Notes under the pieces: model-generated
Told to the model about the DNA's origin: nothing
The model's database searches: none
Seen by the model: the letters and a program-made list of their open reading frames with translations, nothing else
Translations under genes and position numbers: made by a program
In this document: positions 26,095 through 39,174 of the stretch, one piece after another
Numbering within the stretch: position 1 is the first letter of the stretch
Layout of the letters: every line of letters begins with the position of its first letter
From: Lingula anatina
Taxonomy: Eukaryota; Animalia; Brachiopoda
Direction of reading: 5' to 3'
Assembly: GCA_051362555.1 (NCBI GenBank)
Contig: CM120642.1
Span: 15,128,001 to 15,192,000, forward strand
Length of the DNA: 64,000 nucleotides

Positions 26095-29000
26095 ATGAAG
26101 TGGTTTAGCTCCGTTGTCGTCATTGCCATTACAACTCTGGTAACTGCTCGGCCAGAAAAATTGAACAAGGACCATCCTGCTGCCTTTAAAGAAGGTAATC
26201 ACTTTTTAATAGTATTTCAAAATACTTTTAAAAGTTGTTTGTGGTGTTCGTAATTACTATAGAGTAGCAAAGATAAACGTTTGCCATCCAGTTTACAACA
26301 GTTTGATAATAAATTGACGTAATATAGTAAAAAGATATTAAACATTAAATGGGTATTGAACATGAGACTACGAACAGTACCTAATGTTTCAGCCCTACTG
26401 GCCCATAGTCGTGCCAAACGTGACTTGTTCGTCTATGGAAACTGGTGCGGTGTCGGCATCACTGGAGTGGGGACAGCTTGCACTTGTGAAGATACCGTAG
26501 CAGACTGCGAGTAAGTATTCTTATTTCCTATATAACATTTCAATTTTGTTTATGAGACCGTCGAGACAAATAATCTGAAAGTATTCCTGCATATACGTTT
26601 GCCGAAAGATGTTTGATTTTAGCTTAGAATAACACGTTTTTGTTTTAAAAAATATTATATTGGTTCTCACAAATTTGCAAAGACATTTCCAAAAATTCGT
26701 CAAGGGTTCAAACAATGTTCCATACACTACTGTATATATAACCATATCAGATATTTGGTCAGTTTTATTTTTAATCAGTCATTAATCAGTATCTCCAACG
26801 CGCAAGAAGATCTAACGGTGTAACAACATACCGTTTGTTGATTCCTAAAGATATTAATTTCATCGAACTAATACTCCGATGCATAGTTAGACTGACAGTT
26901 AGGTTTTTATGCGATCTCGACATCTGTACCTACAAGTAAATTATTAGTGAGGAAATCAAGTCAGTTATTGGTGAGAAGATCGATATTTAAAAATGCAGAT
27001 TTAGTGAATCTAATTTACATGTGAGACTCAGTTTGGCTATTCCAGCAGCCAGGTTTTAAGCAGTTGAAAACCTGGTTAAGGTTCAACGGTAACCATTAAC
27101 CGTTAACGCACACACCCAAACAAAAAAGGTTAAAACGTATACCAACACCATTTATATGAAATAAGCTTGCCCTGTTAAAATGATGAAAAGTACTCGTAAC
27201 GGACGCTGGAAACTGCGGTTACCGTGTAGTACCAGAGCGTGGCCTGCATGCTCTCCGTAGAGTCTTGAACAGGCTTGGCGAAAAAAAAGCTTTATTGCTG
27301 CAAATTAACCTCTTTAGAGTTAATAAAGTATTTTACAGACACCTACACTATATAACATCTAGACTAAAGATCCTGTCAGGGCTTTGTTTCTGATTTACAA
27401 AATAATCACTAAATGTTTATGATAACTGTTTCTTTGCAGCATATAGGAGTCTTAGTTTTTTTTCATCGTAGAAAAGGGATAAACGTTCCACCTAAGGAAA
27501 TGATGTATTAAATTATCGTTATAGCTCACATTTTAAGTTTAGATTAACATCTTTATCGGCCACGTTACCAGCACGTCGTGACTGCCTGTAGAATTTCATG
27601 ATGGCGGTCACAGTGTGTAGCCCCCGACCGTTTTACAAGGGACCTCGTTCCTTCCACGACCACAGCAATCATGGAGATTTGTTAACTTTCAAAAGCCTCA
27701 ACCGTTTTTGTTTTGATTGCAGTAAGCTTTCTATACTGCTCCAAAGTGAAACTTAAATCAAAAGTTACGTGACCATCCAATCGTCACCTCACGGATTTGG
27801 GAGTTTGTTACGACACGTTTACACCTAAAACGTATTTATTTATTATTTATTTATTTATTTATTGTCTATCTGCTTTGATACAGTTCAGCTCTGGCCAGTT
27901 AATTGGCGGCGCTGTCTTAATGAATCTATAGTATCCCTTTTTCATGGTATGATATTTCGAAAATATATAAATGATAAAGAAATCAAAATTTCTTTTAGGG
28001 CTGCCCTTGCACCCAAGGACTCACTGGACGCGGCTTGCTTAGAACACGACCTCTGTCTGTGTAACAAGTAAGTAAACCTCACGCCACCTTTAACATCTTG
28101 GGATCATAAAGGTCATAAAAAGGGCAGTGTAAATTTGCTAGCAAATATATTCGCCAGGTGTGCTTCTTCGCGTTGGAATTAAGAGATGTGTATTTAGGTG
28201 ACTATAAGTATTTGTTATGTTTGATACATTCTTTTATTTGTTACAAGTAAAATCTTTGTTCTGTTAATCCGAAAACATGTGCAGTTCAAATATATGTTCC
28301 CACAAATAACATCCATTATACAGCATTGGTCAAAAAGGTTGTCCCACCCCCATTTCCATGTACTTTTATTTACAAATGATCACCTAACAGCTGTTAATTG
28401 TTAGAAATAGTGTTTTTTTATTACGTATACCGTGTCTAACATGATTAATGGTTTAAAAAATACAAAATAGTGGTGAAAATATACATATTTTATACCATTT
28501 AGTAAAATTTATAAGAGGTACCCCCTCAAATCGACTGTTTCACTGTGACTTCTAAAGATGTAAAGAAATGACTATAAAATTAAAAAGACGCCATCAAATG
28601 TCACCAAATTCACACACAATTAGCATTAGGGTGTGCTCATTAAAGATCACGTGCCTAACAGCGTGTGCGTCTACCGCGTACTGCAATTATTTCCTGTAGA
28701 CGGCGCGACAAGCCTTCAACTCGGGTTACAATTCTGTTTTGTGGGATATTGTATTCTTCTTCTCAAACAAGTTGGGGGAGTTGGTCCATGTTTTTATGGG
28801 GTTGGTTCTCCTTTGCATTGCACACTCCAATACATGTCACAGTTGATTAGTAAGTTTGATATCAGGGCTCAAAGATGGTGGTTCCATCCTTAGACCATTA
28901 TGTTTCTTCAACAAACAGTTGCCAGGCGAGAGGTGTGAGCAAGTGTGCAGTCATGATAAAGCCTGAAGTTAACCCCAAAGTCAGTTCTTGAAGATGGAAT

Positions 29001-30279
29001 GAGATATCAGCTGAGAATGCTACGTTCAGTGATCCCACAGGCACCTGAACCTGGCCATCCATCACTGGAAGGAAGTTGATTTTGATGCAGAATCAAATTA
29101 TTTCTTGTATCCCATCGATGGTCAAAGAGGGTCCATAGACATGTTAAAAAATGCCTCTTGGAAGGGTGCGTGCAGGATAATATCGCCTGAGGTGTTAGAT
29201 CAATCCGCATTTGGAGAACATTCCAAGCCCATGGTATTAGTACATTGTTCCTTTTGGAACAAAACGTAACAGGGGCATTTTGATGTAACATTCTCAACAG
29301 AAATCTCATTCCATTTGCAAGAGGTGACTTCAGGGATACTACTGGCTTCATTGTGACGACGCACGTGCTCACAGCTCTCGTCTGGCAAACGATTTGTTGC
29401 AGAAACACAGGGTTCTGAGGATGGGTCAACCGTCTTTGAGTCCTGATATTAATCCTACTGAGCACCTGTGGCATAAATTGGAATGTGCATTGCAGAGGAG
29501 AACCAATTCCTAAATAATCTTGACCAATTCCGCCACGCTCTTTTGGATGAATGGGACAATATCCCACATAACAGAATTGTTACCCATGTTGAAGGCTTGT
29601 CGCGCCGTCTACAGGAGATAATTGCAGTACGCGGTAGACGCACACGCTGTTAGGCACGTGATCTTTAACGAGCACACCCTAATGCTAATTGTGTGTGAAT
29701 TTGGTGACATTTGATGGCACCTTTTCAATTTTATAGACATTTCTTTACATCTGTAGAAGAAACAGTGAAACAGTCGATTTGAGGGGGTACCTCTTATAAA
29801 TTTTACTAAATGGTATAAAATATGTATATTTTCACCACTATTTTGTATTTTTTTTAACCATTAATCATGTTAGACACGGTATCCTTGATAAAAAGCACTA
29901 TTTCTAACAGTTCACAGCTGTGAGGCGTATCATTTGTAAATAAAAGTACATGGAAATGGGGGTGGGACAACCTTTTTGACCAATGCTGTAGCTGGAGAAG
30001 GATCTCGGCATGCTAATTGCGTTTTCTATCATTGTACAATATAGGCCACCAGGGGACTTACCCGAGCTGATCGCATTATGTCAGTGCAATATGGAGATCT
30101 ACAATGATGCCTCAGCCAATAACGTCTGCACGGAGTATAGCTGGTGGTGGAATTTCTTTGCCCGCAGTAGTTGCGAGTCCTACAGAGCTGGGTTAAAATC
30201 AGCATTTCTCTTTGCCCCGTGCTACTGCCAAACGTCGTCTTCGGTTGTGCTAGGTTTCCCACAGTGTCAATCACCATAA
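26095..30279 (+). CDS. Secreted phospholipase A2-like cysteine-rich pro-protein A (173 aa)
   Basis: Exons 26095-26194, 26393-26510, 27999-28067, 30045-30279 give MKWFSSVVVIAITTLVTARPEKLNKDHPAAFKEALLAHSRAKR/DLFVYGNWCGVGITGVGTACTCEDTVADCEAALAPKDSLDAACLEHDLCLCNKPPGDLPELIALCQCNMEIYNDASANNVCTEYSWWWNFFARSSCESYRAGLKSAFLFAPCYCQTSSSVVLGFPQCQSP*. Confidence 0.88.
28321..29988. mobile_element. Tc1/mariner-derived fold-back element (two transposase 3' ends in inverted orientation)
   Basis: TA TSD at 28319-20 and 29989-90; termini CAGCATTGGTCAAAAAGGTTGTCCCACCC; ~680-bp inverted arms. The right arm encodes SPDINPTEHLW...NIPHNRIVTHVEGLSRRLQEIIAVRGRRTRC* on +, and the left arm encodes the homologous segment on -. 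Confidence 0.88.
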
Positions 30280-31356
30280 ATAGTAATGCGAGTCAAACGG
30301 ATATTTTGAGAGCTAAATAGGTCGGACTGAAATAATAACGCCTCAATGTGCGGGTAAAGAATAATCATTTTGAATATATATCAAGATAAGGCAATTTTTG
30401 CTGCACTTTCTACTCATCCATACCATTGTATGATAGCCATTTCTTCCGTAAAATATATAAAACATATGTTATTTTGATCTAATTTTACTACTTTTACACT
30501 GTCGATGAAATAAATTCAATATCCATTTGACGCTTATTCTTTGTTGTTTATTTTTTCCTTTCTTGGATATGAATCACGATTTTAAAAACATAACAACTAC
30601 AGCTGAATGGAAGCATACACGTCGCAAAGAACTGGCATTAAAACCTGACATTAATCTCACCCACATGAGTGCATTAGCTTATTTTGGGGAATAAGCTCGC
30701 CTCTCAGCTGTGATTGGACAATTTAAGACATGCAACCTAAAATGAAATATACTGTGCATAATCTGTGACCAGTCACTATTTTTGGGAACTACTGCCTTCA
30801 GCCACACAAGTATTAAGTTTCTCGTTGCTGTGCGCGTCACTTTTGGTCGGAAACGGTGTGTGGTCTTTGGTGCCAAGTCGATTGCAAGACCAGTGTGACA
30901 GGAATGGTACTCCACTATAGCTAGGAACCGCAGTCCTTCCCCCGTGGTCCTTTATGTACAGGCGAAATTCTTCTCGTATACTGACCCCACAACTCCATTC
31001 TTAGGGCTATCATTCCCGTCACACGGACAAAAACTTTCATATCGACCGACGGTTTATTTCGAAGTCAAATAAACTTCAGGAATTTCACGGCAACAATCGG
31101 CTGTTTGAAGATGGATTTCCCCCATATCTGCATGTCGCTGTACGTAAGTTGGCAAGATTCGTCGAAAAGTAAGCGATTAAACTCAAGAACTTAATTTACT
31201 TTGTCTGCCAAAGCCAAATCCCGCGAAAACTCGATTTTAAGGTAAATCGCGACTTTGGGTTCATTCGGACGATTCCAACTAATATATCCTTTCCCATCTT
31301 ATCTGATTGTCTGTTCGACTGTGCTATTTTGTTGGACTGTATTAAAATTATACTTA

Positions 31357-31583
31357 GGGTGCTTTCCCAGAGATTTAGATCGATCTACAGATTAAGATTT
31401 AGATCGACCTAACTCCCTGGGAGTTCACGCTAAATTGCAGTCAGCAGAGCGGACACCATAGTTAATTACCCCCTTACAGCTTTTAGTAGGCGGGACAAAC
31501 GCTTAAGACCGGCCAAGCTGACAGTAATCTAGTGAGACTCCCCACAGGGATAGATTGATCTAAAAATATATGGAAATGGGGTG
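31357..31583. mobile_element. ~220-bp MITE, probably PIF/Harbinger-like, copy 1
   Basis: TTA|GGGTGCTTTCCCAGAGATTTAGATCGATC...GGAAATGGGGTG|TTA; homologous copies at 34468, 46687 and 52197. Confidence 0.8.
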
Positions 31584-31984
31584 TTAGATATTTTTTAAAT
31601 GTGTTAACTAACATTGCCATTGTTAGAGAAATTAACTAAAATTTTATGATAAAGGGGTGTAAATGGAGAATACGCCAATTTTGTTTTTGTTTCACAGAAA
31701 GCAGTCGCTGTTTATTAGGAGATTAACATTAGGCAGTATACTCTTACAAAAAAGAATAACAATGAATCAGTAATATTACGTAATTATATATTATGTCATT
31801 AAAGCAGTAAGCAATTATGATAATTTGAAAAAGACGACGTTTCACCCACATTAGTTAAATGTGTATAAAATCGTACGAGGGCACAGCCTGAATATAACCT
31901 TATTATCCAAGGAAAGTAAGCGATGACCGTCTTCATCCCCATTGTTTTTGTCGTGCTCCTGTAAGTTAACAAACTATTTGGTTT

Positions 31985-34042
31985 TTAGCAACTAGAAAAA
32001 TTAGGAACATATTTCTGTTTAGAGTCACACCAGCAGGGTAATCCCCCAAAAAGCGCGACCATGGAGGCGGCGTAGGTTGAACACTGAGCACGCTTGAGAA
32101 GATTTTTCCAGCCGCTGTATTGCCGACACACGGAGGATCCTTTAATATTGTTGTAAACCTCTCTCTCGCAGTAGCATTTGTGGAGAACATTTGACGGTGG
32201 TCTGAAAGTTATAATACAGATGGTAAGGGGAAAAGTTGAGGCAGGCGGGTGGTTTGAAATATTGTGAAAAACTAAATAAGATACTTTGATATAAGTACAT
32301 GTAAGCGTGCAGTAGAAAGTAAACACGAAAGTCAAATCCGAAGGCACAGGGGATAATTGTAATAGATAAGCAAGTTGAAATGAAAAATGAACTAAAAAAA
32401 TTAGACAGCAAACGTTCCGTATACATTGTACAATATACGTGGCACACGTCCAAAACAGGAAAGAAAGAATAGAGTCGAAAAACGAGGGAGAACCCTTATA
32501 GACCTGATAGGAGACGGGTGTGGTAATGAAAGATAAAGGTGCGTACAGAGGTCAAAGGACCCCGTTATTTTTTTTTTCGTTTCTAAAAATAATTCCTTAC
32601 GACGAAAACAAGTAATTACGGTTATGTAGGATGTGCAAAAAATGAACTCACTCTTTGACTTCCCATTACTAACAAATGTGTTTTTGAGAACGGTTTTTCA
32701 TACCCTATCTTATTTTATTATGATTTTAATATTTCTTCTTCACATTAACTCATTATACCTGTATCCATGACAATAAATATCTAAATCAAAACAATATCAA
32801 AGGCAGTCGAAGAGTAGGTTTATTTTTGGGTCACCCTGTAGCCTATAGGCAGAAAAGATGGGTATTCTGCTTGGCAATAAAACCTAAAACTGTTTTGTGC
32901 TGTAGAAACAAATGGCGTGAGGAATTGACTTATCTTATCAATATTGTTAAAGAAACCATTTTTGGCAAATTTGTTCTAGCATACTGAAATACTGGTCGCA
33001 TAATCTACATGTACTTTGAAAACAAAAGCGATGCTGTAATTATAGATCTATATACTTACTGATCACAGAGACACATGTCGTGTCTGAGGCACATTTCGTC
33101 CAATTGGTCTTTGGGTGGAAGACAAGCCCTATGAATAAAATAACATAAAGTGCACGCAAATCATTAATAGAAAAAAATCTTTCTGTCGACAAATAATATT
33201 ATTTAAAACTTCTAGTACCCCTATGACAGTTTCATAAAATTTTATAAATGAATATATATTGTTGTAATTGTAGAAAAAAAAATATATAAGGTAAAAACGG
33301 TTAGCCACACTATCTGGAGGTTCTGACATTACAATGACATGATTCAGTTAATTTCGTGCGAATCAGCGACAATAAACGTAATACGTAAAAAAAAGAAATT
33401 ATTAAAGATACCTGCATTCTTCTATTGTGTTGGCACAGGTACAGCAGTCCAAGCCGATGCCGGTCGTCTTCAATCCGCACCAGTTACCATATTTTGTCGG
33501 TGAACGTTTGGAACGAATATGAAATGCTATAAGCAGAAATTAAAACAAAAAATCACGATACCCTCGACTTAACTTCTGACATAATACACGTTGTTCGTGT
33601 ACAACTACATCTACCTCCGCTGTAACGTGACAGAGAGTCCCCCTATGTTAGAGAGTCCACTTCCCACTCATTTGTACAGGTTAACCTCGCCATAGATTCT
33701 GAACCACTTCGGTCAGGCTAACCCTAACCATTATAACTAAATGGAGGGCGGAATTTCTGTTACGCAGACCCTCAGTTTCGTTACACTGGTACACGTGTCT
33801 GTGCATTTACATGTTACTGCACCTGCATGGACATCTACATGTAATTCAGTGAGATATTTATTTTGGCATTTATATTATCGTGATTTGATAACATTTTCTA
33901 ATTTTAATCACGTGGTGAACAGTAGGGATTGCAGTTTAGAAACCATACCAGTACCTCCTACCGGTACATCAGTTCCATGGGCGAAGCAGGCAAGGGTGCA
34001 GGTAAAAACAAATAACGCAGCAAGTGGCGCCAACATTGTCAT
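31985..34042 (-). CDS. Secreted phospholipase A2-like cysteine-rich pro-protein B (164 aa)
   Basis: Exons 34042-33949, 33526-33412, 33128-33060, 32201-31985 give MTMLAPLAALFVFTCTLACFAHGTDVPVGGTAFHIRSKR/SPTKYGNWCGLKTTGIGLDCCTCANTIEECRACLPPKDQLDEMCLRHDMCLCDQPPSNVLHKCYCEREVYNNIKGSSVCRQYSGWKNLLKRAQCSTYAASMVALFGGLPCWCDSKQKYVPNFSSC*. Intron positions and phases match gene A. Confidence 0.88.
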
Positions 34043-34081
34043 TGTGTGCCCTCTACACGTGAAAGTCTCTAAAGAAAGAAG

Positions 34082-34086
<5 letters not shown>

Positions 34087-34158
<72 letters not shown>
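34087..34158. repeat. (TA)n microsatellite
   Basis: About 36 perfect AT units just upstream of gene B's first coding exon. Confidence 0.95.
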
Positions 34159-34160
<2 letters not shown>

Positions 34161-34467
34161 CGCACTTTCAGGGCAGTCGTCGATATCTATATATCTATCT
34201 ATCACATCCTGTCAGGAGAGATTCTGAACCAAATGAGCACAGGCACTAATATATTCAACATATAAGATAAAGATGAAATTAGAATTTAATAAAAGTTAAA
34301 ACTCTTATACTGGAGCTTCAACGAAGTTAGCCGAGGAAGACCTTTAGAAAGTATTGCGGCTGAGACGTACATGTAGTAACCTCAATTTCAAACGTTATTT
34401 TCAGTATAAAACTTAATTATCTCACATGTACATATACCCTGTACATGTAACTGAACAGTGTATCTAA

Positions 34468-34699
34468 GACCCCATTTCCATAGATTTTAGATCGATCTAT
34501 CCCTGTGGGGAGTCTCACTAGATTTCTGTCAGCTTAGCCGGCTTAAGCGTCTGCCCCGCCTACTGAAAGCTGTAAGGGGGTAAGGGGCAATTAACTATGA
34601 TGCGTGCTCGGTTGACTGCAATTTAACGTGAACCCCCAGGGAGTTAGGTCGATCTAAATCTTAATCTCTGGATCGATCTAAATCTCTGGGAATACACCC
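34468..34699. mobile_element. ~220-bp MITE copy 2, inverted relative to copy 1
   Basis: Reverse complement of 31357-31583 along its length, with scattered substitutions. Confidence 0.82.
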
Positions 34700-37450
34700 T
34701 CAGTTTAAAACCTCTAGATACTTCAATTCTTAATTTCATCTTGACATTCGACACTATCCATGCTGAATACAAACAATGTAAGCGCTAAGAAAAATGTGGC
34801 TAATCCAGGAGACATAATGACCCTTAACAGCTGAGGTACGTTCATCCAACTTTCCCTCCCAAAATAATTAAACAGGATGGCTAAAGGAGACTAAGTCAAT
34901 CAATTTCCGTCAATCTACTCTTCACATGTACCCTTACCATGTGCAGCATTTCAGTAAAATTCCCTTCGTCTTCTATATACTAATAGTCGAACAAAGCCGA
35001 AAAAATCACCTTGGTCCCCACCACTATCTTAATTAACAACATATTGGCTCCGCCAGAGATAGATCACGTACACAGCTTGGAGTATTCACAAATATTATGG
35101 ACAATGTCCGGTTAATGCTTCTATATGCCTAAGACCCAAGTACCGGGGTATGCTTGTATCCGAGGAAAGCCGTAACAAACGTTTGTCACTTAGAGCTACC
35201 AGTGAATTCACAAACGGACACTCACCTTTCCCTGTCTTCGATCAAACTGACTTCAGAGAGCGTGTCTCACCTGTGCCAGCGTGTCAGCTATAATCTTCTT
35301 GTCACATGCTCGTGATCAATTGTTGCATTAGTCCAACGAACCAATGGACGGACCCCACGCACCCTTTGGTGTTCACCGGGCGTTTTCTCGCGAACACAAT
35401 GAAAAAGTCCGGCTAAATTACTTCCGATTGTATCTCGGAGATGGATGCTCTGTAGCTTTACTGTAATCTTTGCCGGGTAGTCGGTATACGCAAAAGAAAA
35501 GTTGTCGTACCTGCCACTTAGTATCTTCGAACGTTACATCACGTGTCCTTAGACCAATGATTAAGTGGACTATCTTATGACAGTGTACATGTACAACGTA
35601 CAGTCTGCAAGTATATGTACATGTTCCAGTATCTTATAATCTATCGAGAGGTACAATAAGCTATGACACAATTCAGGCAGAAAGTTTATAAGATTTGGCC
35701 ATTCTTTTTTACCCTTTTTATCGACATTTCAGTCTGAATTTAACTGTGCACTTTGACACATTTTTTTCCTATTAATTTCTTTAACAATTCATGCGGACCG
35801 TTTCGAGCACTTTGCTTGTCTAGAAACATGCTGGTCTACCGGTACATGAGAATGGGGTCTAAGAGAAAATATTAATGACGGTGACACGGTTGGAACGGTG
35901 ACAGGCACACCACAGTTATTTCCTTATTAAACGGAGATCCGGAGAACTACGTCCACATGTTAAAACATGTCAATTTGTAAACAAGAAATTTGAAGATATA
36001 CTTTGTATGCTTTTTAATGAACAAAAAGAACATATAGAAGACGAAAATCATTACTAAATTAATGAAAACCCAGCCGTAGTCAGCCAGCAATTTCAAAGGG
36101 GTTCTTTTTCTGAAAAAGTGGACCTTTCATAGCGAAACCTCCGTGCTTTTATTATTTTCCAAGTTTTCATTAAGGAAAAACTGAGTCGATGTTACAGTGT
36201 AGTAACTTAAACCATGGAACATATAGTTCCATGCTTAAATATATTCTATTTGCTGAAAAGTTTTGAAAGACCCAAAAAGACAAAAAGACAAAATATTTTG
36301 TTCTTCATGTTCTTAAATAAATATCACATTAAGACAATGATAAGTCAGGCAGTTAAACACAAAAAAGAAAATTGATTACTCATTAGAAGCACAATATAGA
36401 AACCTGAGTTTTGCTTTATCATTGTTCTAAGAGTAACTTCATAAAACACGTACATGCATGCTGTGAAACAGTCTCAAACAACACTGTACAATAAACTGCC
36501 TCAAAGAGAGTAGAGGGAGAAGAAAAATATCACAGCAACATTAGTAATATGCAGCGTCATCTTATGTATAAAGCTGAAATTGCGCAATGGATCATCACTA
36601 GCATTACACAAAATCATCCACGTGATATACCGTTGTAAAGTACAACAGCACCAAGTATATTGCATATATAATACAACAGACATTTACACCTCAAATAAGA
36701 CAACATAAATTTGCACCATATTATACGTGTACCAGTTTTAAAAGGTACCACAATTATATTTCTCTTGCCCAAAGGATAACTTGGCCTACCTGGGTGGATC
36801 ATTTTCTACAATATTATATAAAACTACGAGAAAGTGTAATCACGTAATTCGCTTTTCCAATTTTATTTATTGAAGGTAAGAAAACTATACAATAAGAAGG
36901 AAACGCCAAGAGCAAAAACACACCTTATGGCAGTCATCAGGTTTACTTGGCCTACCTTCTCATATTTCAAAGATTGAGGGTAGTATCACTAGTAATTACA
37001 ATAAACAAAGGAGATGAATTGTAAACCGCCTACATCCGGCTGGCCTTTGTGTAAGTTGCATTCAGGACACCGTAGTTAATGCTGCCAACTTCGGGACAAA
37101 GCGAACGTCGCGAGGCGAACAGCGATCAACCGTGCGATAGCGATCGGCTTAACTAATGTATCACTGCGGTAAAAGGGCTATCTGACTATTGTTTGTAATA
37201 AACAAGCATTTTACACGAAGACTTACTCGTGTAACTTTAACTTGTAAAAGTGCCAGATTGTGCTGGACAGCGAGCCCCCCACGCCGACCCAGTCTGAGAA
37301 ATGACAGAACAGGATGAAATGTACAGCGGTTTACACCTGGACGATTTTACTTGTGGTTTTGAGTATAGTCTGTTATTTCAAATGTCAACTGTGGAGTTGC
37401 TCTGGGTACCATGCTGGTATGTAATTACCGGTATATGCACATTATTACAT

Positions 37451-37773
37451 CCAGGGCCCCGTTTCATCAACTTTGGATATCCCTATCATATGGATAACGC
37501 TATCCTTTGGATAAATTGTTATCCTCTGGACAGTTATCCTGAGGATAGCAGACTTTTTATTTAACCAATGAAAAGCAATATCAGAGACAAAAATAAGTAC
37601 CGGGTATCTACTGTTTAGTAAACATTACTTTACTCACAGGATAATTGCCCAGAGGATAACAAAGTTATTTAATTGACAGTATTATCCAGAGGATAGCACT
37701 ATCCAGTGTTGATGAAACCAAGGAGTTATAACAGTTATAACTGTTATAACTCCTTGATGAAACTAAGCCCAGG
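37451..37773. mobile_element. MITE with GGATAA/TTATCC subterminal repeats
   Basis: Ends CCAGGGCCCCGTTTCATCAA / TTGATGAAACTAAGCCCAGG with many internal GGATAA/TTATCC units. Confidence 0.65.
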
Positions 37774-39174
37774 GTCCAAAAATGAGGGAAGCGAAAAAAA
37801 CGTTTAAATGGGTGAAAACTGGGTATCTTTCTAGTCAAGCAACAAGGTCGCCATATCTTATGAGAAATTATTACTAGTATATGGAGGTTTCGCAAACTGC
37901 CGAAGCAGGAATACTAAGTGCAACATGTGAACTACTGGTAGGTCTTCACCTTGAGCTTATTACAACCTCAATTTTCGTAATTCGTCAGTCCAAGTTACGA
38001 GGGTTTTTGGAAATCGATCTTCATGTTCAATCTCCAAGACAATTCTAGCCTTTGTGTACTATAAGCACTGTACAAGTGTGATCTTAAATGTATTTGAAAA
38101 ATGGATTTTAAAAAAGTGCAGTTAAAATTTTTTAAAAGAGCAGAAATACAAAATTCATTTTTTCTTCATATTACAGAATTTATGCATGTACTTTGGAAAG
38201 GAAGGGCTTCTATAAATTACATTGTTTATCACATATCGATACCTTAACAATTATAGCAAATTCACGAAATTGTGTACCTGTAATGAATGAAATTGGAATG
38301 TTTGAAATAAATAAATTCCCCCTTCCCAAAATAAAACAATGATTTTAATAGTCGGTTGGTTTGGATTTTAATTAAAATTTGGATTTATCTAAATAAGGCC
38401 GACAGCTGCTAAAATCTCAAGTTTCTAATTGTTTAAAATATATATATATATATATTTTTTTTAACATTGACTTAATGTAGGTTGTTTCTTTTTTCTACAA
38501 GACTGCCAATAGACTGTTTATATGCAGTGAGAGCATGTTACGGCGCGTAAAAATTCATGATCATCAATTTTAAGAAATTACATGTACCCGGTATTTATAC
38601 CCTAGTGGAGTTCAGGTTGGTCTGAACGTCAGGAAAGAAAGTTTTATACAGCTCTGATCCAAGATAAATCTACAGTAGTCCAACTACATGATAATTATGA
38701 ACCTGTTATACTTGAATTTAAAAGTGCCTTTATATTACCTGTATACTGAACGAAGATATACTAAATATTCACCGTTAACCGAAGAATAGCAGTTTTCGCT
38801 ATAAACGTTAACTGCAATGCTTTTCTACAAACCCATTACAAGCAATCACGCGTTGAGACTTAAGCATCGTTTGATCGAAACATTTACTGAAATATGCGAG
38901 ACGCCACCCTCTTCACCAGTAGCGATCTATAACTTAATGTATAGAATCAAATAAAGGAGAATAAACGTGTGATACAGTTAGGGTCATTTTTATTCTGAAA
39001 GTTTTAAATTTTATCTAACCATATTACTTGATTTCTAGTTCTAATTTCGATTCTCAGTAAAATTAAAGTTCCAGGAATCGTATTTATTCATTTTTTAGGT
39101 TTGATCTACCCACTTGTGCTCATATAAGATGGGCATACTAGTGCTTGCAACACTAGTACTGAGGAAATAGTCAC

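Noticed and set aside
28633-29643. Twin ORFs MRLPRTAIISCRRRDKPS on both strands and the 186-aa ORF 29007-29567
   Set aside because: Antisense readings of the duplicated Tc1 transposase remnant.
33741-34265. 174-aa ORF with an (IY)n run
   Set aside because: Translation of a (TA)n microsatellite, antisense to exon 1 of gene B.
34300-39100. Fourth PLA2-like paralog between B and C
   Set aside because: No YGNWCG or CxxHD exon found by eye on either strand; tBLASTn would be needed to exclude a decayed copy.
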